DNA of 32,000 nucleotides from Pseudomonadota bacterium. GTDB lineage: Bacteria > Desulfobacterota > Desulfobacteria > Desulfobacterales > JAFDDL01. Under the pieces are notes generated by a model. That model had not been told where the DNA came from and ran no database searches. It saw only the letters and a list, made by a program, of their open reading frames with translations. Location: assembly GCA_043797445.1 (NCBI GenBank), contig JAZDPP010000092.1, positions 1 to 32,000 on the forward strand, read 5' to 3'. This document shows, one piece after another, positions 17,323 through 24,032 of this stretch (its first letter is position 1; each line of letters begins with the position of its first letter). The position numbers and the translations under genes were made by a program.

Positions 17323-17904
17323 ATGCCCAAACGAATCGTCGTCGGACTCTCAGGGGCCAGCGGGATTATCTATGGCGTCCGCATTCTGGAGCTTCTCAGG
17401 GATTCAGATATCGAAACGCATTTGATTATCTCAAACTCCGGGAAGGTAAATATCCGTATCGAGACTGATTTTACGCCGGAAGAAGTTGCCGCCATGGCAA
17501 ATTATACCTACGATGACAATGACATGGCGGCGGCTGTCTCCAGCGGTTCATTTTTAACCGAGGGAATGATCGTCGCCCCCTGCACCATCAAATCGCTTTC
17601 CGGAATTGCCAATTCCTATACCACCAACCTGCTGGTGAGGGCCGCGGATGTAACGCTTAAGGAAAAACGGAAGCTGGTTCTGGTTGTCAGGGAAACGCCG
17701 CTCCACAAGGGGCATTTGAGGCTGATGACCATGGCGGCGGACATGGGGGCACATATTCTGCCCCCGGTCCCCTCCTTTTATCACAAGCCGAAAACCATTC
17801 AGGACATCATCGATCAGACCATCGGAAAGGTCTTCGATTATATGGGAATCCAGCATGCGTTATTTGCACGATGGGGCAAAGAAGAACGCGACGAGGTTTT
17901 ATGA
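17323..17904 (+). CDS. ubiX: Flavin prenyltransferase UbiX (prFMN synthase)
   Basis: 193 aa. MPKRIVVGLSGASGIIYGVRILELL, MIVAPCTIKSLSGIANSYTTNLLVRAADVTLKE.RKLVLVVRETPL and HL.NM are textbook UbiX/Pad1 segments. Confidence 0.95.
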   Translation: MPKRIVVGLSGASGIIYGVRILELLRDSDIETHLIISNSGKVNIRIETDFTPEEVAAMANYTYDDNDMAAAVSSGSFLTEGMIVAPCTIKSLSGIANSYTTNLLVRAADVTLKEKRKLVLVVRETPLHKGHLRLMTMAADMGAHILPPVPSFYHKPKTIQDIIDQTIGKVFDYMGIQHALFARWGKEERDEVL

Positions 17905-18039
17905 CCCATGAGAGCGCAGAAAAAAAATTGGGTTCGGGCTGAATTCGAAGAGCGTCAACAGGTAGATCTTTATGGGGATGGGGAACCGTAACTTTGCCGG
18001 GCATTTCCGATTGCTTGAATTTCGGTTCCGGTCATTCAT

Positions 18040-19101
18040 TCATCTTTTCATATTCTTCTTTACTGTCTTAATGAAGCGTCCGAATGCCCTGTCCTTTTTA
18101 CGTTTGTCCAAGTACGACATCTCATAGTGCTCTGACTCTTTCCTGAGTTTCAAATAACTATTATAGCGCTCCTCACTCAACTCGCCGTTTGTAATAGCAG
18201 TAAGAACTGCGCAGTCTGATTCTTGAGTATGGCTGCAATCGACATAGCGACAAGCCATGGAAAGCTCGATAATATCTTCAAACCCTTTGCTTACCCCTTC
18301 CCTGGCGCCCAGAAGGCCTAATTCTCTCATTCCAGGTGTATCAATGAACATAACGCCGTTATCAAGAACAATGAGTTGCCGACGCGCTGTTGTGTGTGTG
18401 CCTTCTCCTGTTCCACTAACCGCTTTGGTATCAAGATCATCCTGTCCAATCAGATGATTGATCAGTGTCGTCTTGCCGACTCCGGATGACCCAAGCAGGC
18501 AATATGTTTGACCCGGTATTAATACCGGATGAAATTCGTCAAATCCGGAGCCAGTTATGTTACTGAGCGCAATAACCCTGGTCGTGATGCCAGCCTGTCT
18601 AATAATCGCAAGCTTCTGTTGCAGCTCATCGTGGGAGATCAAGTCCGTTTTGGCAAGAATGATAATCGGCTCAACATGTCCGTCAGCCGCCATTACTAAA
18701 TACCGATTCAGTCTAGGTAGATTAAAGTCGAAGTGACATGACTGGACAATGAAAGCGATATCAATGTTGGCTGCAATCATCTGGTAGTCCACTTCTATGC
18801 CAGCACGCTTGCGGCGTAAAAACGTCTTTCGTGGAAAGACCCCATGGATGAGTGCCGAAGCGCCATCATTGTGATACTGCACGGTGACCCAATCGCCGAC
18901 GCATGGCAGCTCGACCGATGACTCGACATGGAAATAGAATTTTCCCGCAAGTTCAGCAGGAATCTCTCTGAGTTCATTCCTGATAATGTAGGAATTGCGA
19001 TCAACTGCCGACACGCGTGCAATGCCTTGATTCTCGTGGCGGATGTCATCGACATGTGCGTCAAACCAGTGGTCAAACCCTATATCACTCAATTTCATCA
19101 T
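18040..19101 (-). CDS. rsgA: Ribosome small-subunit-dependent GTPase A
   Basis: It has a circularly permuted GTPase order: LAKTDL (G4), GSSGVGKTTL (G1), DTPGMRE (G3). A C-terminal zinc knuckle CRYVDCSHTQESDCAV and an N-terminal OB-like region are present. The start was chosen at MMKLSDIG; the track ORF extends to 19179. Confidence 0.85.
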   Translation of the reverse strand: MMKLSDIGFDHWFDAHVDDIRHENQGIARVSAVDRNSYIIRNELREIPAELAGKFYFHVESSVELPCVGDWVTVQYHNDGASALIHGVFPRKTFLRRKRAGIEVDYQMIAANIDIAFIVQSCHFDFNLPRLNRYLVMAADGHVEPIIILAKTDLISHDELQQKLAIIRQAGITTRVIALSNITGSGFDEFHPVLIPGQTYCLLGSSGVGKTTLINHLIGQDDLDTKAVSGTGEGTHTTARRQLIVLDNGVMFIDTPGMRELGLLGAREGVSKGFEDIIELSMACRYVDCSHTQESDCAVLTAITNGELSEERYNSYLKLRKESEHYEMSYLDKRKKDRAFGRFIKTVKKNMKR

Positions 19102-19381
19102 AAGAGGTAAGCGCATCGATCTCGGATTGATATTCTCTATTTTGTGAACGAAGAGCATAAGACCATATTGGCGTATCAACCAGGACTTTCAACGATTTCT
19201 TCCCCTTTTATAATCATAATAATTGATCATCGATCGCTAAATTGGTGGCCATTTTGCACTTCCTTTTTTACACACCATATTGCACATTGAATTGTGTGTC
19301 AAATAAGTGCGGCGAGGCTAACGTTGGAATTCTGCGGCTGTCGTAGGCGGTCCGCTTGAACGCCGGGTAGCCGCGGCTCTT

Positions 19382-19693
19382 TTAAATGTCGAGTGCAAAG
19401 CGAATTGCCCGTGCAACGTCAAACTTCTTTGTCCGGGGCAAGGATGTGATCAACGGTCCGATTTTGCTCTTGGAAACAGTCTGCAAATGGTCACAATTGA
19501 CAGCACAGTCCTGAGGCATACCATCAGCCGTCGAGAGGAACACCTCGGACGGTATATTACGTACGGTAGTCGTAATGGGTGCGATGGTAACCTCCCCCAG
19601 ATATTCCAACACGGAATCCCGTGTCAGGATAAGGACAGGCCGTTGTTTATCTGGCAACAAAAATTTATACCAGCGTATTTCGCCATGCTTCAT
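19382..19693 (-). CDS. mazF: Type II toxin, MazF/PemK family endoribonuclease
   Basis: 103 aa. GEIRWYKF..PDKQRPVLILTRDS...VTIAPITTT fits the PemK/MazF pattern. Its ATG overlaps the upstream antitoxin stop (ATGA). Confidence 0.85.
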   Translation of the reverse strand: MKHGEIRWYKFLLPDKQRPVLILTRDSVLEYLGEVTIAPITTTVRNIPSEVFLSTADGMPQDCAVNCDHLQTVSKSKIGPLITSLPRTKKFDVARAIRFALDI

Positions 19694-19923
19694 TCGTCAC
19701 CCCACGCCTGCTCAATTTCCCAAACCGAAAACTCATCAGTTGCCACCGGGTTTTGTTCGTACCCCATACGGTGCTTGCGTTCTTGTTGCTCAAGTTTATA
19801 ACGAACAAGGGCGTCTTGCAGCGCCTTTCTTGTGAATGCGGAACGGCTTGTATGGAGTTCCTTTGAAACACGATCGACCGCGTTCACAAGATTATCATCC
19901 AGGGTCATCTGAATGGTTCTCAT
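19690..19923 (-). CDS. Ribbon-helix-helix (CopG-like) antitoxin partnered with MazF
   Basis: 77 aa. The N-terminal RTIQMTLDDNLVNAVDRVSKELHTSRSAFTRKALQDAL fits a beta-strand plus two helices of the RHH fold. It has a 4-nt overlap with the toxin gene. Confidence 0.75.
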   Translation of the reverse strand: MRTIQMTLDDNLVNAVDRVSKELHTSRSAFTRKALQDALVRYKLEQQERKHRMGYEQNPVATDEFSVWEIEQAWGDE

Positions 19924-20061
19924 CTCGCACCTCCATAATATGGATTTTGATAGCTATGATATTCCACATTGAAAGGCCTGTCAAATGAATTGGGTGCGGC
20001 TCTTTTACGGTGCCCCAGGTTAAGAGGTCAGAGAGACCAAGACAGGCTCACAGTCCCGAAA

Positions 20062-20244
20062 TCAGGGTTCTCTCGCTCGGATTCGAATGTTTTTGTAAAG
20101 TAGGTCAAAGCATAGCTCAAAGTGAAACGACCATGTCGCACGCAGAAGCCGAGCGAGGCCATACCGATGAAAGGGTTGATTGTCTCTGCGGTCATGCAAT
20201 TTTGCAATTCCATCATCATCAAACTGGTATTCTGGTACATCCAT
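20062..20244 (-). CDS. Hypothetical small protein (60 aa)
   Basis: An ATG is preceded by a strong GGGAGGTG at 5-nt spacing. The translation is MDVPEYQFDDDGIAKLHDRRDNQPFHRYGLARLL.... No recognisable family, and coding status is uncertain. Confidence 0.3.
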   Translation of the reverse strand: MDVPEYQFDDDGIAKLHDRRDNQPFHRYGLARLLRATWSFHFELCFDLLYKNIRIRAREP

Positions 20245-20374
20245 GAGCACCTCCCATCTATTTGGGTTATAGGTTACATCATGAGTGTATCAACAGTTCT
20301 AACGTTTGTCTATCGCATTGATTTAATATCGCATATTTACAGTCGAGCAAAATGTGTGCCAGAAAAAACCTAAG

Positions 20375-20523
20375 TTGGACCACTATATCGGGAAAGATAT
20401 TGCCGGCCAGAAACATATTCAGGAGATAATGAAAACCCATCGGCCCGTTGTCAGCGATGTCTTTACGGCGGTTCAGGGAAATACGGCGGTAGCACTGCAT
20501 GTGCCGGTGTTTAAGGGAAACGG
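20375..20523 (+). pseudogene. Remnant of a Cache/PDC-type extracellular sensor domain gene
   Basis: LDHYIGKDIAGQKHIQEIMKTHRPVVSDVFTAVQGNTAVALHVPVFKGNG resembles the conserved ..GkD.s.r.yf.ea.ktgkp.iSdvf.s..tg.pvi.i.vPv...nG core of Cache domains. Only about 50 aa are left, and it abuts the mazF stop. Confidence 0.3.
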
Positions 20524-20880
20524 CTACTGCGCGTCGAAAACAATTTTTAAAGCTTCGTCAATTTTTGCCATGATCTCGTCTTCCAGTTCACCTCGCACTT
20601 TGACTAAACGAGCGCGGTGATCAATAGGACGAGTCTGCAGGCAATCCGCCACCATTTTTTTGGTTAACCCGTTATGCGACGATGGGACAATTTCCGCATT
20701 AGTGATGATGCTGGCTTTTTTTTCACTCCATGTCGTTAACGGTACCACTTGGATGACTGGAACACGCGCATTATACGTGTTGTTCGTAACTATCACGCAG
20801 GGTCGAATTTTCCCGGTTTCCGAACCCTTGGCAGGGTCAAGATTCACGTCGATGACCATCCCCCGGCTCAGCTTGCTCAT
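20524..20880 (-). CDS. mazF: Type II toxin, MazF/PemK family endoribonuclease (second copy, different subfamily)
   Basis: MSKLSRGMVIDVNLDPAKGSETGKIRPCVIVTNN...VVPLTT is the canonical MazF N-terminus (RG.i..v.ldP..G.E..K.RP.vVvs). The start at 20880 overlaps the upstream gene's stop (ATGA). The track ORF is over-extended to 20913. Confidence 0.8.
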   Translation of the reverse strand: MSKLSRGMVIDVNLDPAKGSETGKIRPCVIVTNNTYNARVPVIQVVPLTTWSEKKASIITNAEIVPSSHNGLTKKMVADCLQTRPIDHRARLVKVRGELEDEIMAKIDEALKIVFDAQ

Positions 20881-21110
20881 GTTGGCCACTCTGACAGCGC
20901 CGCATCCGTCCATTCTCTCGTTTCATCATCTTCTTCATAAACATCGGCGTACAAAGCAGCCGATTCGCGCAAGCGCTGCTGGGTTAATTCTGTAAACAAG
21001 CGATCGATGGCGGTACGCACCACGTCACTTTTATCCTTAAATCCATACCGATTGCATTGTTCAATAAATTGAATATGCGATTCTTTGAGGCTAAATTTGG
21101 CTTGAATCAT
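20877..21110 (-). CDS. Putative antitoxin partnered with the second MazF
   Basis: 77 aa with an acidic C-terminus (YEEDDETREWTD) and a 4-nt overlap with the toxin. The N-terminal FSLKESHIQFIEQCNRYGFKDKSDVVRTAIDRL is compatible with an RHH-like fold. The assignment rests mainly on context. Confidence 0.6.
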   Translation of the reverse strand: MIQAKFSLKESHIQFIEQCNRYGFKDKSDVVRTAIDRLFTELTQQRLRESAALYADVYEEDDETREWTDAALSEWPT

Positions 21111-21232
21111 GAGGACCTCCTTAAATAGTCTAATATGAATACCCTAAATATTGCCCTAAGTATAGGTCCTAAACGATGGGGAGTCAAACCATTTTCTAAG
21201 GGCAGGCCCAACGTGGAGCGCAACCGGCGCTG

Positions 21233-22438
21233 TCAGGCGTCTGGTTCGCGCCGTGGTTGGGGCCGATGCTGCACACCCTTGAGCATTTGCTTTGCAATGA
21301 CGAGTTTTTGGATTTCGCTCGTGCCGTCAAAAATGCGGAATGCTCTGACATGCCGGTAGAGGCGCTCGACAGTGGCACCATCGGCCACGCCTACCCCACC
21401 GAATATTTGCAGCGCTTGATCCACTACCTCCTGGGCGATCTCTGTAGAGTAGAGCTTCGCGATCGAGGCCTCGCGGCCGATTGAAGATGAACCTACGTCA
21501 TGGGCCCAGGCTGCGCGACAGACCAAAAGCGCCGCGGCGTCCGTCTTCACCGCCATGTCCGCAAGTTTTTCCTGGATTAGCTGGTGTTCGCAGATCGGCT
21601 TCCCAAAAGCTCTCCGTTCGGTGCTTCGTTTCAGCGCTTCGTCCATGGCGCGACGCGCGAGACCCAGGCTTGCCGCTCCGACAGTAGGGCGAAACATCTC
21701 GAGAGCCCGCATGGCGATTTCGAAGCCCTGGCCCAGTCGTCCGAGCAGGGCCGTGGATTCGACGAAGCAACCATCGAAACGAAGAGTTCCGAGAGTGTGA
21801 GGCGTCAACACACGGAGCCGATTTTCCAGTGTCACGCCGGCATTAACCCCGCTGACCAGAAAGGCGGATATCCCCTGGACGCCTCCTTCCCCTTCCGTTC
21901 GCGCGAAAACGACGTACAGGTCCGCCACCCCCGAATTCGATATCCAGGTCTTGCACCCGTCTATCACGAAGCCGGAGCCGGACGGCGTGGCGGTAGTCGC
22001 AATCGATGCGACGTCGGACCCGGCCTCTGGCTCGGACAGAGCAAAGGCGGGCAAGGATTCCGCCCCGGAGTATGGCTCTATGAACCTTCGCTTCTGCTCC
22101 GGAGTGCCGTAGAGTGCGATCGGCAATGCTGCCAGCCATGGCTCGGAAAACGCGACATCCGCGACAGCAGAGCTGAAAGCGAGAATCTCGCGCATCAAAC
22201 ATACGCGACGAAGATCGATTTGCCGGTTAGATCCTCCCTGGTCCTGAACAACCGTGGGACCAAGCCACCCGTCGGTGGCGAGGAGTCGAAAGATCTCCTT
22301 TGCAGCGTGCCCATCCCCGCCCTCGTCCGATTCAAAATCGCGTAGATGTGATGCAACCCATGACCGGAAGGCCACGGCAAACTGACGATGCCGTAGTTCG
22401 AAGAACGGCCATTCAGTTGGAGTTATCGTCGGCATCAT
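21233..22438 (-). CDS. Acyl-CoA dehydrogenase family protein
   Basis: 401 aa. AFALSEPEAGSDVASI, KTWISNSGVADLYVVFART, ...IFGGVG... and RIFDGTSEIQKLVIAKQML are typical ACAD segments. Confidence 0.9.
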   Translation of the reverse strand: MMPTITPTEWPFFELRHRQFAVAFRSWVASHLRDFESDEGGDGHAAKEIFRLLATDGWLGPTVVQDQGGSNRQIDLRRVCLMREILAFSSAVADVAFSEPWLAALPIALYGTPEQKRRFIEPYSGAESLPAFALSEPEAGSDVASIATTATPSGSGFVIDGCKTWISNSGVADLYVVFARTEGEGGVQGISAFLVSGVNAGVTLENRLRVLTPHTLGTLRFDGCFVESTALLGRLGQGFEIAMRALEMFRPTVGAASLGLARRAMDEALKRSTERRAFGKPICEHQLIQEKLADMAVKTDAAALLVCRAAWAHDVGSSSIGREASIAKLYSTEIAQEVVDQALQIFGGVGVADGATVERLYRHVRAFRIFDGTSEIQKLVIAKQMLKGVQHRPQPRREPDA

Positions 22439-22454
22439 GTTCTGCTCCCGGTTC

Positions 22455-22895
22455 TCACGAACCTTGTATGCTCTCTCGCGGCACGACGTCGACTTTGACC
22501 TTCACCTCGCCATAACCGAGACATTCGACGCCTATGTCCGGGCAACGCACATAGCGCATAAAATGGAAGGTGTTCGGCTCCAACCCCTCGCTCAGCCTCT
22601 CATTGATGAGAGCAACAGGAATGGCAAGCTGAGAAAGGAGGTAAACGCACATCCGGGAAGGGCACAACTTCGAGATGAAGCTGCCATCCACGTCGAGAAT
22701 AAGACGTTGCCCCACCTTGTGGCCCGAGTTGCAGTGACGCGCTTCGACGACCTCGGCAACGATGGAGTACAAGGGCGCTGCTTCAGACAGTCGGTCGATC
22801 TGTCGGATTCGGTAGCCCGACTCACGAAATGACTCCATTTCGGTTTCGGTGTAGCCAACTCGCTTCGCATATCTCTTCAACTTCTCTTCTATCAT
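22455..22895 (-). CDS. TIGR04076-like Cys-rich small protein
   Basis: 146 aa. The pattern ARHCNSGHKVGQRLILD..GSFISKLCPSRMCVYLLSQLAIPV...VRCPDIGVECLGYGEVKVKV matches my recollection of the TIGR04076 family (C..GHkvGD...C..a...l.p...CPD...gG.v.f). It lies 16 nt upstream of the ACAD gene. Confidence 0.55.
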   Translation of the reverse strand: MIEEKLKRYAKRVGYTETEMESFRESGYRIRQIDRLSEAAPLYSIVAEVVEARHCNSGHKVGQRLILDVDGSFISKLCPSRMCVYLLSQLAIPVALINERLSEGLEPNTFHFMRYVRCPDIGVECLGYGEVKVKVDVVPRESIQGS

Positions 22896-22982
22896 CCCTG
22901 ATCACCCCGTCTTGTGATTTCCACGGCTCGGTAGCCTCTGGGAACCGCCTAGTGCGGACCCGCATGATAGGTGGTGTGGGGA

Positions 22983-23003
22983 GGGGGAGAGAAAGACTCC
23001 CCC
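22983..23003 (-). terminator. Hairpin downstream of vapC (GGGGGAG-7 nt-CTCCCCC)
   Basis: Read directly from the sequence. It has a 7-bp GC stem 17 nt after the vapC stop but no U-tract, so terminator function is uncertain. Confidence 0.25.
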
Positions 23004-23019
23004 TTACCCGATTGGCCTT

Positions 23020-23403
23020 TTACTTAAGGTAGGCTGGTTTAAGGTTCTTTAACATGGGATAATGTTTGGTGTTGAGAGTTTTTAACTCTGCATTTTCGGC
23101 TTCCGCAGTGGCAGCCAAAATAGCATCCGCAAGACCAACGCCATGTGACTTACCATAATCTCGTTTATAAAGACCTCCGGCCTTCCCAATATCGGCGTTT
23201 ACTGGGACAACGCGGAAGAGGGAGACAAACTCCTGAAGAGTTGCTTGCTCCGAATCTCCTTTTACTCCGGCATACAATTCTGCAACAACTATCGATGAAA
23301 GGATGATGCGAGCATTGTATGTGTCGATAAAAACCTCCGCCTTCACATGGCCCCGAAAAAAATCAATTAGAACATCTGTGTCTAAAAGGATGGGCCTCGC
23401 CAT
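23020..23403 (-). CDS. vapC: PIN-domain toxin VapC
   Basis: 127 aa. MARPILLDTDVLIDFFRG is the classic PIN N-terminus with the first acidic residue, and later D/E positions are present (..AELY.., ..DAILAATA..). Confidence 0.9.
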   Translation of the reverse strand: MARPILLDTDVLIDFFRGHVKAEVFIDTYNARIILSSIVVAELYAGVKGDSEQATLQEFVSLFRVVPVNADIGKAGGLYKRDYGKSHGVGLADAILAATAEAENAELKTLNTKHYPMLKNLKPAYLK

Positions 23404-23405
23404 GA

Positions 23406-23639
23406 TTAGCTCCTATCCCATTCGGCCCGAATTGAATTAAAATCAGGAAGATCCGTACGATCTTTCCAGATTCCAGCAGCTTTGCGCAACACAAATTCCC
23501 TGTGTCCGCGTCCGGCTTGATCAATGAGCCGATCAATGGCATCTCGAATGAGTTCACTTTGTTTCTTGCCGACGGTCTTGGCGATAGTAGCCAATTCTTC
23601 CCGTTGATTTTCTGTCAAATATATTTGCGTTCGTACCAT
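23406..23639 (-). CDS. vapB: Ribbon-helix-helix antitoxin (VapB-type partner of VapC)
   Basis: MVRTQIYLTENQREELATIAKTVGKKQSELIRDAIDRL is an RHH motif. Its stop is 2 nt before the vapC start. The start was chosen at 23639; the track ORF extends to 23663. Confidence 0.8.
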   Translation of the reverse strand: MVRTQIYLTENQREELATIAKTVGKKQSELIRDAIDRLIDQAGRGHREFVLRKAAGIWKDRTDLPDFNSIRAEWDRS

Positions 23640-23810
23640 GGCGCACCTCATAGCTGTATACACCAGTGTTATACATCATTTTTAACCCATGTCAAGGCCA
23701 ACGTTTAGAGTTCTATCCATTGTGCCGCTCGGAATAGAAAGCAGGAAACGCTCAAGTTCCAACAAAAGAACCAGATAACCACGAACGATGGAGCATATAA
23801 AAGCGGGATT

Positions 23811-24023
23811 ATGTGGATAAAACACTGTTGGACTGAGCCGTTTATTGAAGCTGGCGATTTCGTAACATTATCTATGAAAATTCTCTGGCGCAACCGGCAA
23901 ACGATTTCGCTCGAGCCGGCCAATCGTGCTTATGCCGCCATGATATTCAAGGGGGCGGAGTGCCGGAAAGTCCGGGTGCTCGGAAAATGCGTGGGGATTA
24001 TTCGCAAGAGTTATGGACGATAG
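23811..24023 (+). pseudogene. Decayed C-terminal remnant of an S24 (LexA/UmuD-like) peptidase-domain gene
   Basis: ...EPFIEAGDFVTLSMKILWRNRQTISLEPANRAYAAMIFKGAECRKVRVLGKCVGIIRK resembles the S24 C-terminus (GD.v.v....vKRl......i.L.p.Np.y.p........v.ilG.vvgviR). The Ser-containing GDSM motif and the N-terminal DNA-binding domain are missing. Confidence 0.3.
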
Positions 24024-24032
24024 TGCCATAAC

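Noticed and set aside
19180-23700. Possible integron cassette array. Short same-strand cassettes (TA modules) are separated by spacers containing AACGTT-like cores (GGCTAACGTTGG at ~19316, GGCCAACGTTTAG at ~23697, GGCCCAACGTGGAG at ~21205). There is also an imperfect hairpin downstream of mazF-1.
   Set aside because: There is no intI integrase or attI in the window. The putative R'/R'' cores do not fit the RYYYAAC/GTTRRRY consensus consistently. The spacers do not share an attC-like bulged-hairpin architecture. A 1.2-kb ACAD gene is atypical cassette cargo.
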